Of a stretch of 64,000 bases of DNA, positions 37,600 through 49,770 are shown piece by piece. The stretch is from Octopus bimaculoides (taxonomy: Eukaryota): contig NC_068993.1 of the NCBI RefSeq assembly GCF_001194135.2, positions 12,880,323 to 12,944,322 of the forward strand, in the 5' to 3' direction. The translations under genes and the position numbers were made by a program. Position 1 is the first letter of the stretch. Every line of letters begins with the position of its first letter. The notes beneath the pieces were generated by a model. It was not told where the DNA came from. It searched no databases and was given only the letters and a program-made list of their open reading frames with translations.

Positions 37600-38140
37600 C
37601 GATGGTTTCGGAGGATGTTGCTGTTGGTGGTGGTGGTGGGAATATTGAAGTTGGCGATGGTGGCAGTGGTGGTGGTGGTGGTGAGAGTAATAATGTATCT
37701 AATGATGTTGACTGCATTTGGTGGTGGTGGTGGTAGTGGTTCTGGTAGTGGTGCTGGTGGTGGTAGGAATATTGAAGTTGGCGATGGTGACAGTGGCGGT
37801 AGAGACGGTGGTGGTGAGAGTAATAATATATCTAATGACGTTGACTGCATTGGTGGTGGTGGTGGTGGTGATGGTGGAGTAGTACTGTTTCAGATGCTGT
37901 TGCTCCTGATAATGGAGGTGTTGATGGCGGTGGAAACGATATTGAGGATAGTAACGATGCAGGTGATAGTGGCTGCATTTAGGATAGTGTTGACGCTACT
38001 CATGATAAAAGTGATGATAGTGGCGGAGACTGGTAACGATGGCGATGGTGGTGGTCATGAGGATGGTGATTGTGATGATAATGTTGGTGGTGCTACTGTT
38101 GATAGTGGTATTGGTTGGATGGTAACGCTGATGATAGTGG
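37600..38140. repeat. (GGT)n/(GAT)n low-complexity region with internal ~100-bp duplication
   Basis: GGAATATTGAAGTTGGCGATGGTG..GGTGAGAGTAATAAT.TATCTAATGA.GTTGACTGCATT occurs at about 37638 and 37766. Confidence 0.85.
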
Positions 38141-38452
38141 TAGTAGTTAGGCAGCTGTGTGTTGATATGGATGGAGATCGTGGTGTTTTATTTTCTCTCG
38201 AGTGCTTTTGTCGTTTAACCCTAGGCCGGCCTGATTGGGTGGACATTCATAGAATGACAAACATTTTCTTTTTTCCATTTTCTTCTTTGTTCAAGTATAA
38301 TGCATCCGAAACTATATTACCTTATATGTCGTCTTTCTTAAAATAGCAGTGACTGATTTTGAAGGAAATTTAGCTATTATTTCTAACAGACTGAGTAGTA
38401 ATCTCGCCGAACCTTCCCCAATGTCTCATTATGATCGTCTTGTTAGCAGTTG

Positions 38453-39331
38453 TATTTGGAATGATGTCAGTGCATAAATTGCGAGTTGTCGTACGTTTAA
38501 CTCTAAAGAGTATATATAAATATATTTTTTAAAATATCAACAACATTATGACCGGGCGATAACAATTTACTTAACGAAGCCGCCTTCAGCTTCCACCGAG
38601 ATCCCACGACGTCTCTGGAACCTAGAGCATGCGTGCCTCAGTGTCTCCCTTGGAAGATCTTCGAACACCTTGATCTTCGTAACCAGTTTGGCTTTGGTGT
38701 TGCAGGCAACGTAGTTGGTGTATTTCTCAACAGCGTCTCACACATCGTAATCCATGGAATTTCAATCGGGTCGAATAAGCGGCTAGAAATTGGTGCTGGT
38801 GAAGAGGCAGAAAATTTCCGGCAACCACTTCTAACTTTTTTTCGAATATATAGCAAGTAGCTGAATTCTGCTGTCACACATTTGGCCTTCCGGTAGCAAT
38901 CCTTCCAAGCCGGTGATTGACTACTGTCTCCAGCAGCTTCACATAGGGGTCTGTACTGAGCCTAAGGCCCAGTTCATCAATCGTTGGATGAATTCCGGCG
39001 TGAGGACGCAGTCAGAGCGCCTGCTGTGTCTCTTCTTGTAGGCCATGGCTTCGTTGTCTCAGCTGCAGCTGTCCATATCTTGCAGCTTTTACGGTGTATG
39101 CAGAACATTGCGCAGCAGTCATGATGTCGGCATTTTGATACCGGGCGCAAATCTTTTCCAGTATTCAAACGGCTTCTAGTTCTCTATACCAGCTTTTTCA
39201 CAATTACAACTTTCATCTTTATGCTCTTCAACGCCGTTGACTGTTCACCAGTACATCAGGCTGTTCCTGAAATGTGGAAAAAAAAATGGGAACATAAAAA
39301 GTCATCAAATTTAGCCCGAACATCCAATATA
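38453..39331 (-). mobile_element. Internally deleted, decayed Tc1/mariner element of the maT (DD37D-like) type
   Basis: Minus-strand translation AYKKRHSRRSDCVLTPEFIQ (N-terminal part) jumps to YVKLLETVVNHRLGRIATGRPNV*QQNSATC and F*PLIRPD*NSMDYDV*DAVEKYTN..KAKLVTKIK.FEDLPRETLRHACSRFQ..VEAEGG, matching the WQQDSAPCH, WPPNSPDLNPMDY and C-terminal motifs. Degenerate TIR-like ends near 38453 and 39331 with TA. Confidence 0.8.
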
Positions 39332-39865
39332 TCATCGTTGCCTGCAGTCTGATGAAACTTGTTAACAGCTATTGGTTTGCACGATCACAGCTTTCCTGAA
39401 ACGAAAACAAATAACGATAACAACAAATGCCTATTACAAAAATAAAAATCTAGAAAAAAAACTATGGTTACCCTTCTTTATCTAATTCATGTTTAACAAA
39501 GGTTACCGTTGGCAATTGCAAAATGCTTATTTTATAGATACAACGAATAAACTATTAATCTAACTTAGATAACCTGTCGGCAATGCGTTTAGTTGATCCT
39601 TTCATCTTTATTTTATTACTATTAGTTTATAGTTTAGTAATAACATGCTCGAAACAAAACAATTCAACCTAAGTAGAAATAATGTTTTTCAATGTTTTTA
39701 AAAGCCTTACACGATTTTGCTGGCGGTTTTCAAGGCATGAAAATGGATTTATCCCTAATAGCAGTTACAGGGATTGAATTGAATACAAAAACGTAAAAAA
39801 ATAGAATTTAACGAAACATTGCAAGATATGTTGTCTACTGCGCTACAGTTCCTGCAATATTTTAG

Positions 39866-39900
<35 letters not shown>

Positions 39901-40084
39901 TTCAAATATCTGTTCATGGACAGCATGTTTTGGGTTGAGTGTGCAACAAGTACTTATTTTATCGATTCTGGTAGGATGAAAGGCAAAGTCAGCCTTAACG
40001 GAATTTGAGCTCAGGATGTAAAGGCAGATGATGCCGCTAAGCATTTTGCCCGGTGCGCTAACGATTCTGCCAGCTCAACGCTTT
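39901..40084 (-). mobile_element. SINE family B (tail B3-like), first of three tandem copies
   Basis: GTACTTATTTTATCGA..GGATGAAAGGCAAAGTC..GCTAACGATTCTGCCAGCTC; flanked by (AAT)n. Confidence 0.82.
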
Positions 40085-40122
40085 AATGATGATAATAATA
40101 ATAATAATAATAATAATAATGT

Positions 40123-40326
40123 TGTCTGTTATAAGCACAAGGTCTGAAAATTTTGCGTGGGGGACAGTCGATTACATCGACCCTAGTACTCAACTGATAC
40201 TCATTTTATCGACCTCGAATGATATAAGTCAACCACAGCGGAATTTGATCTCAGAACGTAGCAATCGGCAAAATACCGCTAAGCATTTAGTCCAGCGTGC
40301 TAACGATTCTGCCAGCTCACCGCCTT
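40123..40326 (-). mobile_element. SINE family B (tail B2), second of three tandem copies
   Basis: AGCACAAGGTCTGAAAATTTT..GTCGATTACATCGACCC..CTCAGAACGTAG..GCTAACGATTCTGCCAGCTCACCGCCTT. Confidence 0.85.
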
Positions 40327-40335
40327 AAATTATAA

Positions 40336-40550
40336 TCTTTTCTACTCTAGGCACAAGGCCTGAAATTTTAAGGGTGGGGACTAGTCGATTATAACGATCC
40401 CAGTGCTTCACTGGTACTTATTTCATTGACCCCGAAAGGATGAAAGGCAATGTCGACCGCGGCAGGATTTGAACTCAGAAAGTAAGGACGGATGAAATGC
40501 CGCTAAGCATTTCATACAGCGTGCTGATCATTCTGCCAGCTCGCCGCCTT
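40336..40550 (-). mobile_element. SINE family B (tail B2), third of three tandem copies
   Basis: TCTTTTCTACTCTAGGCACAAGGCCTGAAATTT..GACCCCGAAAGGATGAAAGGC..TTCTGCCAGCTCGCCGCCTT. Confidence 0.87.
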
Positions 40551-41153
40551 AATACAAGAGAAACTCCAACTAGGGCCAATGAAGGAACCCCACAGATCCA
40601 GGTTTACCCTGACCAACAAAGTTACGAGCCCTCGCTCCTGCTCTAATAACGTTTCTTATTGTTTACAAAGCCAGAGATGTTGGAGACAGTTCAAATGTAC
40701 GGGGTTTTCTTTAAGCGGAATAAAATTGGGATGGACTGGACAAAAGCAATAGACAATAAGATGTCTAGAAAAAGTCTTCGCTGGGTTGGTGGGAAAAACC
40801 AGTGTCATTTGAGGATATATTAATAATAAAATATTAATAGTAATAATAATAATCTATCTGCTTTCAATATATTAACACTTTCAGTTGTAATGTTCTACAG
40901 CATAAATATGAAAAGTACTTAGCTGATTGGGAATATTTCAGACAGGATTAATGTAAAAGCGCGAGGCACAATAGGAAATCCATACAAAGGATTTGGATTC
41001 TCATTGTTCTTAAGGATACAATAATTTTAAATGCAATTTTAATTCTAACGGATTAAACTGTTTCTAATCCTTTAATTCTGTACCCATGCACTTAGGTAAA
41101 GTATACAAAACACACACACACACGTATTCATACTGTGAATTTGTCTATCTATA

Positions 41154-41193
<40 letters not shown>

Positions 41194-41197
41194 TATA

Positions 41198-41337
41198 CAA
41201 CGGGCTTCTTTCAGTTTCCATCTACCAAATCCACTCAAAAGGCCTTGGTCGGCCCGACGGTATAGCAGAAGATACTTGTCCAAGGTGCCACGCATGTTGT
41301 TGAGAAGCAAGCTTCTTACCACACAGTCACTCCTGCG

Positions 41338-41338
<1 letters not shown>
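41198..41338 (-). mobile_element. SINE family A, 5' half with internal deletion
   Basis: CAACGGGCTTCTTTCAGTTTCCATCTACCAAATCCACTCA..CAAGGTGCCACGCA|TGTTGTTGAGAAGCAAGCTTCTTACCACACAGTCACTCCTGCGC; the B-box segment is missing. Confidence 0.82.
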
Positions 41339-41373
<35 letters not shown>

Positions 41374-42544
41374 CTTGTGCGCATCAGTCTATCATCTTTA
41401 CTGTCATTCATTTAATTCCTCCGCTGACATAGTAGATAGTGTTAATGCTGCTGCTGCTACTACTACTACCACTGCTGCTGCTGCTAAGTTTAATGACCGA
41501 AAGGAGGTATTTGCATGGAATAGTCTAATAGTACTTTTGGTTTGGAGGAGGTATGTCTTCAAGTGATGCAGTCTATGCTGTTTGCGTATATATTTCTGTC
41601 GGTGTATATTTGTATTTGTGCGTCTGTATGTAAGTTTTTGAGTAGATGTATGTGTGTCTATATGAAGTTGTATATCAATGAGTCGGCATGTGAATGCGCA
41701 CCTCTCTGTTTGCATGCGTGCCCAATACGTGTTTGAGGCTATCATGCAATGAAAGGTATTTATCCGTTTACACTTGCTTGAATAACTGTGTGCTGAGGGG
41801 ACAGAAATATCCATTGATATTTTGAAACGCTCAGAATCACGGTTCAATCCCCAGCAAACGGAAAAAAATAAATGAAAATCCCTCAGGGAGTTTGGAGGAC
41901 ACACTGCTCCAATTTCTTCGGACAGTGAGCAACGATGACCAAAATGTATAGAGCATGTATTATTTTAATTGCTATTACTGGTGGTCAGTCACTGTCCAAA
42001 GGAACGTTTTATATAAAATGGCGAAATTGTAAGGGGAGGAGGACAAACAAAGAGTGGAAAAGGGCTGAGACGGAAACGGAGAGGCTGAAGTGGCGTGGTG
42101 GTGGTGGTATGGGATAAAAGGGAAGCTGTAAAATAGTAAGATGGCTGAAGAATTAATGGGAATAAAAGTCAACAACGAAGTAATATATATGTGTGGGTGG
42201 AGTGCTTGTCGTTGTATGCGTTTGAGTGTTACGCTTTTAACAAATTTATCTGTCGAACAAACTGGAAGACAATCGAAATCTATGAAATAATAAAATATTC
42301 GAAGACATGATAGAGCTGCATCGTGAAGATCTATTAACTTTTTACTGGAAAATAAATAAAAATCATTTGTATAGCATAGTATTTCCATAGTTTGCCTAGT
42401 ACGAATGCATAAAATAATATATAAAGCGAACTAACATTGGAGTCTCTTCGTGCTTTCTCGTACTACAAGAAAATCATATTCTGACAGTTTAAAAAGGATG
42501 GAAGACATTACATTAGACAATGTTGTCTAAGATTCCATGTTTTA

Positions 42545-42650
42545 ATAACAGATTGGATGGTCACGGCTGGAATGCATTTGATCATAGATTTATAGGTTTA
42601 TTTGTTCAATCATAACTGACCAGAGATAGGAACTAAAACACAGCCATATC
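42545..42650 (+). mobile_element. Dispersed retroposon 3'-tail-like fragment
   Basis: GGATGGTCACGGCTGGAATGCATTTGATCATAGAT..; related segments at about 8205-8280 (+), 32915-32990 (-), 53635-53710 (-) and 61300-61350 (-). Confidence 0.5.
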
Positions 42651-43435
42651 TGTTTGATGAATTTCATGAGACAAGAAGTTCATGGGACCTTATTGATTGT
42701 AATCTTGCAATATCCTCCAAAATGCAGTTTCCAAAATAAGCCCGAAATATGTTTTATATACTTAATATTATTGTAGTATAATAAAACATCATCGTTCTGA
42801 GATGCACCGCCTTTTTTATAATTAAATATTATTAGGGGGTGCATAAAATATTGTTGAAATGTAATTAATTTATTGTAGATAAATTTTAACAGCAAAATCT
42901 TATATGGACCCCACAAGGTTCAAAATTACTGATTTAGAATCTATTTGTTCATTGAGTTTTCTTCTCAATAGCAGTGTTTACAGTATAGGCAGAGGATGAT
43001 TATTGCGAAGGTGTAGTATAGGTAGACGACAGTCCCTGAGAAGAAGCTATAGCTCATAGCTTCAGCCTTAAGGAAGGTGAATTGATGTTGTTTCTAGTGA
43101 TTCTTCTAGGAGTAGTCGTCGTAGCAGAGATACTCTTTGCATCTGTAGAAATAATAGTAATAACGGAGAAGTTGTGGAAAGATTTTATTTATGTATTTTT
43201 GTGTGAATTTTGTTTTTCTTATTATTTCGCTGTCCAATAATATAAATGGATGGACATTATACTTAACTAACTCTTTACGTGGTCAATACACTTAACTGTC
43301 CAGTACGGCCGAATTGGGTCCAGCCTATATTAGTTCACGCCACACCAGACAGAGAAATCAAACTTTTACACGTGTATACTCCACTTCCTTATTGCTTATC
43401 TCCACCGGCCCCTCCTCTCCCTCTCTCTGTATGCG

Positions 43436-43485
<50 letters not shown>

Positions 43486-44361
43486 NNNNNNNNNNNNNNN
43501 NNNNNNNNNNNNNNNNNNNNNNNNNNNNNNNNNNNNNNNNNNNNNNNNNNNNNNNNNNNNNNNNNNNNNNNNNNNNNNNNNNNNNNNNNNNNNNNNNNNN
43601 NNNNNNNNNNNNNNNNNNNNNNNNNNNNNNNNNNNNNNNNNNNNNNNNNNNNNNNNNNNNNNNNNNNNNNNNNNNNNNNNNNNNNNNNNNNNNNNNNNNN
43701 NNNNNNNNNNNNNNNNNNNNNNNNNNNNNNNNNNNNNNNNNNNNNNNNNNNNNNNNNNNNNNNNNNNNNNNNNNNNNNNNNNNNNNNNNNNNNNNNNNNN
43801 NNNNNNNNNNNNNNNNNNNNNNNNNNNNNNNNNNNNNNNNNNNNNNNNNNNNNNNNNNNNNNNNNNNNNNNNNNNNNNNNNNNNNNNNNNNNNNNNNNNN
43901 NNNNNNNNNNNNNNNNNNNNNNNNNNNNNNNNNNNNNNNNNNNNNNNNNNNNNNNNNNNNNNNNNNNNNNNNNNNNNNNNNNNNNNNNNNNNNNNNNNNN
44001 NNNNNNNNNNNNNNNNNNNNNNNNNNNNNNNNNNNNNNNNNNNNNNNNNNNNNNNNNNNNNNNNNNNNNNNNNNNNNNNNNNNNNNNNNNNNNNNNNNNN
44101 NNNNNNNNNNNNNNNNNNNNNNNNNNNNNNNNNNNNNNNNNNNNNNNNNNNNNNNNNNNNNNNNNNNNNNNNNNNNNNNNNNNNNNNNNNNNNNNNNNNN
44201 NNNNNNNNNNNNNNNNNNNNNNNNNNNNNNNNNNNNNNNNNNNNNNNNNNNNNNNNNNNNNNNNNNNNNNNTCAAAAGAGAATGATGTACGTACTTCAGG
44301 GAAACGGAAGTACACCCCGTGGTGAAGTAGATAGACGCAGGCGATGATGATGATGATGATG

Positions 44362-44393
<32 letters not shown>

Positions 44394-44394
<1 letters not shown>

Positions 44395-44617
44395 TTTTCT
44401 ATTATAGGCACAAGGCCTGGAATTTGGCGGGAAGGAACTAGTTGATTAGATCGACCCGAGTGTTTCACTGGCACTTAATTTATCGATCTTGAAAGGATGA
44501 AAGGCAAAATTCGACCTCGGTAGAATTTGAACTCAGAACGTAATAACGGACGAAATGCCGCTCAGTACTTTGTCCGGTGTGCTAACGATTCTGCCAGCTC
44601 ACAGCTTTTCACCGCCT
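44394..44617 (-). mobile_element. SINE family B (tail B2)
   Basis: TTTTCTATTATAGGCACAAGGCCTGGAATTT..GAAAGGATGAAAGGCAAA..GCTAACGATTCTGCCAGCTC; preceded by (GAT)n(AAT)n. Confidence 0.85.
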
Positions 44618-44633
44618 AAATAATAACAATAAT

Positions 44634-44765
44634 AATCCTTTCCACTGGAAGGACAAGGCCTCAAATTTGGTAGCGAGGTGACTAGCCGATTACATCGACT
44701 CCAGTACTCAACTGGTAGTTACTTTATCGTTTCCGAAAGGATGAAAGACAAAGTCGACCTCAGCA
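44634..44765 (-). mobile_element. SINE family B (tail B2), 5'-truncated, tandem with the previous copy
   Basis: AATCCTTTCCACTGGAAGGACAAGGCCTCAAATTTGG..CCGAAAGGATGAAAGACAAAGTCGACCTC. Confidence 0.8.
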
Positions 44766-45723
44766 GAATAGTAACAGCTACTACTTCTTGGTTACCGTCG
44801 ATAAAAATTAATGCTGCTGTTAAAGATTGTAAAATACTTGATAAGTATGATGACGGTGTGGTATGTTTCTTCTTCGAACGGGAAAATGTGGCTTTTGTTA
44901 GAATCATTGTTTTGAAAAAAATAATTTAACAAAAAACGATTTCTCGGCACCCAGTTTTAATATTCTCTGTTCTTTACTGTGTGTTAACCATATTCCTCTG
45001 AACGGATATATATATATATATATATATATGTAATCTCTTTATCTTCTGAACGATTGCAAGTGACGAGAAATTCAAAGAAACGACGGAATGAGTCATCAGC
45101 TGCTTCTAAATAAATAAATTGTACCATTCGTATTGATTATTCTTTAATTCGTTTGTAACACCAAATGTTTGTGCGTGCATATNNNNNNNNNNNNNNNNNN
45201 NNNNNNNNNNNNNNNNNNNNNNNNNNNNNNNNNNNNNNNNNNNNNNNNNNNNNNNNNNNNNNNNNNNNNNNNNNNNNNNNNNNNNNNNNNNNNNNNNNNN
45301 NNNNNNNNNNNNNNNNNNNNNNNNNNNNNNNNNNNNNNNNNNNNNNNNNNNNNNNNNNNNNNNNNNNNNNNNNNNNNNNNNNNNNNNNNNNNNNNNNNNN
45401 NNNNNNNNNNNNNNNNNNNNNNNNNNNNNNNNNNNNNNNNNNNNNNNNNNNNNNNNNNNNNNNNNNNNNNNNNNNNNNNNNNNTCTGATTTTAACGCACA
45501 AGATACAAAGCTCTGCCAAATGACTGATGCCGTGCCAAGAATTAGTATAAATGAGATTTTAAACCGATAAGGACATTGACAAGACAAATATTCCTTTTAG
45601 TCGTTTTTAATAATGTTGTTATTGTAGTTGTCTTCGTCGGCCTTGTTTATTGATTTATTTATTTTTTTGTTTTCAATAGGATATAGTAAAGTGTAGTATA
45701 GAACACATACACGCACACACACG

Positions 45724-45781
<58 letters not shown>

Positions 45782-45881
45782 CATATATATATGCATATAG
45801 CAATACTTCGCTTAATCTTTCGATTAACGAACCCACGTTTTAGTGTTGTTTTATTAAGGTTATAAAAATAAACTATTTAAT

Positions 45882-46225
45882 TGTGCAGGCTTCGGTGTGT
45901 GGCTAAGAATTTAGCTTTACAACCACGAGGTTTCAGGTTCATCACCTCGGACAAATGTCTTTTATTCTTTTACTATAATCCTCGGCCAACCTATGCATTG
46001 CGAGAGAATTTGGTGGAAGCTGATTGTGCGGAAGTTCGTCGTAAAAAATGCGTCCGTGTGTGTGTGAGAGAGAGAGAGAAAAGGTGCTGTGCGTGAAGGT
46101 ACTGCATGTATCTATTCTGTTCTCACTTCCTCGCTTGACAAAGTAGTGTCGTTTAAAAAATATATACCGGTGTCGACTGAAATCCTTCAAAAGCAGTGCC
46201 CCAGCATGGCTGCACTGTAATGTCT
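45882..46225 (+). mobile_element. SINE family A, diverged, with separated tail remnant
   Basis: GTGTGTGGCTAAGAATTTAGCTTTACAACCACGAGGTTTCAGGTTC..CCTCGGCCAACC..TTTGGTGGAAGCTGA; tail AATCCTTCAAAAGCAGTGCCCCAGCATGGCTGCA at about 46180-46215. Confidence 0.6.
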
Positions 46226-46738
46226 GTACCTTTCGATATTAACCTTTAGTACACTGCAGGTGCATCATGTCACTGTATGAGTCTTCTCCCTTGTAGTAAC
46301 TGTACATTGGCAGAGGAAATAATGCAGTGTGCTAAGCGTTAAAGAAAGCAGGCTATTATTTGAAGATAGCTGTCTCTAACAGGTCGGACAGTTATCTAGA
46401 ACAACATTAGCAAAACTTTTTAGTCGAGTGTACCAGGAGTTTAGTTTATTTATTCCATCTTCCTATATCTTTATCATATGTATTTTACATTTAGGTAAAT
46501 GCTTAAAAATTAACCTATTATAAACGTGATAAATCAGATAAATCACGTCAAACACGTCACATTTGATTGCGAAATGTGAGTCAACGCCGCGTTATCACTG
46601 AACAAGAAATTATCTTCAGGGCCTCTTACAATACTATGCTGTTACGTTAAGTTTGTAGTAAAATAGCTGTGTATGAATTTAACATGATGTGGTTGCTATT
46701 CCAAGCTGCTAGAAGGACGATTTAGTAGTTCCTTTGTT

Positions 46739-46769
<31 letters not shown>

Positions 46770-47524
46770 ATGTATGTGTGATGTCTTGCTGTTGTTATTT
46801 TGTCTATCAATGCTAGGTGTATTGTCCTATTATTTAATTAACTTCATCACAGAGACGTACTAATTAAATTAAATACAAAATTACGAGACAGACGCATAGA
46901 AAAGAAAATGTGCCCAAGACATTGAAACAAGTTTGTGTTGGTGTATTTTGAGACAGTGGGTTGGTGGTTCTATGTGTGTGATGGTGGTGGGTGTTTATGT
47001 GAGCGTGTGGGTGTGTTTGTCAGTTTTTGCTATTTTTTATTAATCAGTAATTATGTCCAGACATTCTCTCGTAATTTACTTTCATTTGAAGAATTAACCA
47101 GACAGACAGGTAAATATACCTTGTACGATTACTTACCTGAGTAAACGAAAACGGTTAATTAGTGGTGAGTTTTCAATTGAAGATATACAGTAATTATATA
47201 TATATATATATACACACATATGTGTGTGTGTGTGTGTGTGTATTCTTACACACAGACTAATATTCTCGTACACTTATCTAAAATTCAACGTTACCATAAT
47301 ACTAAAGTTGATCTACAGTTACTGATTCTCAGAAGATTGTTCCGTGCCTTCGTCTAAATGGAAGACTTTTTTAGAGATGTATACGGGTTTCTCAAAAGAC
47401 TAGGCTCGTAGCCTCAAATTCTGAAGCTCAAATTACAAAAAGAGCCTTATTTTTTGTTTGGAGGATCACCAAGAAACTGTAAAATATCTTGCAAATTTTT
47501 TTATTCTTTTATATGTTTCAGTCA

Positions 47525-47557
<33 letters not shown>

Positions 47558-47643
47558 AGCTACCTGGTGGCGCGTTTTGCTCTTGAGTAAGACATTTTAT
47601 TTTAAGTTGCTCCAGTCGAGTGAGTTACCGAAAATGAGTAGTG

Positions 47644-47771
47644 GCTGAAAACTACGTTAAGGGTACGCGTGTCTGTGTAGTACTCAGTCACTTGGGCGTT
47701 AATTCCACGAGTAGGCTGTTCCGTTGATCAGATCAACTGGAATAGTCATCGTCCTAACCGACGTAGTACCA
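47644..47771 (+). mobile_element. SINE family D 3' fragment
   Basis: ACTACGTTAAGGGTACGCGTGTCTGTG..GGCTGTTCCGTTGATCAGATCAACTGGAA. Confidence 0.8.
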
Positions 47772-47798
47772 GTTTTGTTTGCGTATCTATATGCAGTC

Positions 47799-47848
<50 letters not shown>

Positions 47849-48637
47849 AAACTGTAGCAGACTGTTACGAAATCGGTGTTGAAACATATTGGATTGACAT
47901 AGTTTTCTGCGTCAGCTTTCTAGAATATAGTTCCAAATTTGATGTCTGTACTTGTAAAAGGTAACCAATGTTTTACCTGTGTGCGTGAGTNNNNNNNNNN
48001 NNNNNNNNNNNNNNNNNNNNNNNNNNNNNNNNNNNNNNNNNNNNNNNNNNNNNNNNNNNNNNNNNNNNNNNNNNNNNNNNNNNNNNNNNNNNNNNNNNNN
48101 NNNNNNNNNNNNNNNNNNNNNNNNNNNNNNNNNNNNNNNNNNNNNNNNNNNNNNNNNNNNNNNNNNNNNNNNNNNNNNNNNNNNNNNNNNNNNNNNNNNN
48201 NNNNNNNNNNNNNNNNNNNNNNNNNNNNNNNNNNNNNNNNNNNNNNNNNNNNNNNNNNNNNNNNNNNNNNNNNNNNNNNNNNNNNNNNNNNNNNNNNNNN
48301 NNNNNNNNNNNNNNNNNNNNNNNNNNNNNNNNNNNNNNNNNNNNNNNNNNNNNNNNNNNNNNNNNNNNNNNNNNNNNNNNNNNNNNNNNNNNNNNNNNNN
48401 NNNNNNNNNNNNNNNNNNNNNNNNNNNNNNNNNNNNNNNNNNNNNNNNNNNNNNNNNNNNNNNNNNNNNNNNNNNNNNNNNNNNNNNNNNNNNNNNNNNN
48501 NNNNNNNNNCATATATATATGGTTCTAAGAGTCTGTTTCCGGACGAAAAGACGACATTGATGGCTAGGATTGTCAGTCCATTCTTTATACCTTTCTTCTT
48601 TTCTTTTTTTTTATCATTTGCGAAGACACCCTCTTAA

Positions 48638-48675
<38 letters not shown>

Positions 48676-49129
48676 GCACGTACCTTTGCATAGAGAGAGA
48701 GAGAGAGAGAGAGAGAGGAAACAGCTATTCTTTCGTATGTGTTGTCTGAAACAGACGACTGTGTCCTAGTTAGATCGTTTATTTAATAAAGAAAATTATT
48801 TTTCATTTATATGTATTAGTTCTTCATGTTTAATTTGGATTTATGCCGTAATTAACGTCTCGAGACTCTCTCGGTTTCGTTACCTGAATAAAAATAATTA
48901 TAGAACTTATTTATTATTCGAGCACTTTAAGCCGGAAAGCATCGTGTGGGATACACTTATTGCTGTTCAAATAATCGTGTCTTGAATACATACATGAACA
49001 CAAATATATGCGCAACGTAATACAAAACAAGATTTTTTTTTTATTAACTGACATATCGCATTCAAATTGCTCATTTCTATTTAAAGTACCACTATTTCTA
49101 ATACAAAGTTACTGTTCAACATACACTCT

Positions 49130-49650
49130 ATAGCAAGCGACCATCTTTGAAAAAAAAAAAAATTCAGATGTGCTCGGTTGTGCCTATTGTTGCACACCTT
49201 GCACGAGCCATTAAATCGTTTTCTCGATAACTGGCTATTCGACCAAAAAGGTATGTCAGACAACAGGCCTCCACTGACCAGCCCAATTTGCAGATTGTCT
49301 GATATTTGGCCAGATATGTGTCTGGTCACGCATTGTCATGGTGAAAGTGGATTATTTTCAGATATACGTTCCGCCTCTTCCTTCTAATGGCTGTCTAAGC
49401 TTTCTGATATTCCCAACGTACCATTCACTGTTCATGGTATAGCCACGTTCCAAAAGATCAAGAATAACGTCTTTGTTGATTCCAAATCAGTCATCATGAC
49501 ATTTTTTTTTTTTTTTTTTTTACCTATTGCTAACTCTTGAGATTTTCAGGATTTCCTTAAAAGTTATGATGCTATTCGAAGAACTGGGCCTTGGTTTCCG
49601 GAACTTAAAATATGCTCACATTTTCATCCCTTGTCACAATAATTTTACAA
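49130..49650 (-). mobile_element. Decayed mariner (DD34D-type) transposase fragment
   Basis: Minus strand: KIIVTRDEK (IVTGDE-like), VILDLLERGYTMNSEWYV..RKLR, IIHFHHDNA*PDT (HHDNARPH-like); frameshifts and stops. Confidence 0.75.
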
Positions 49651-49654
49651 AATC

Positions 49655-49770
49655 TTGGTGGATATCGGGCAAACTTGGCCTCGGCGAGATTTGAACTATG
49701 CAATAAAAAGAGAACCGTTAAGAGCCAGAACATCCACAAGCCCAATGCTATAACGATTCTGCCATCTATT
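49655..49770 (-). mobile_element. SINE family B head, degenerate
   Basis: GGCAAACTTGGCCTCGGCGAGATTTGAACT..GCTATAACGATTCTGCCA. Confidence 0.55.

Noticed and set aside
37597-38346. 249-aa Gly/Val/Met-rich ORF
   Set aside because: Low-complexity (GGT/GAT)n region lacking stops by composition; no domain-like content.
42826-42850. Isolated mariner/Tc1-like TIR fragments (also about 30245-30258, 53075-53090 and 54850-54869)
   Set aside because: No matching partner end or TSD found nearby.
43279-44474. 300+ aa ORFs, and similar ones at 1686-2433, 9490-10641, 21658-22683, 45106-45587 and 47939-48637
   Set aside because: They run through N gaps and (TA)n; artefacts of translating Ns.
47048-47109. 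Possible 62-nt exon (NYVQTFSRNLLSFEELTRQT)
   Set aside because: Weak acceptor, donor GTAAAT, no recognisable homology and no partner exons.
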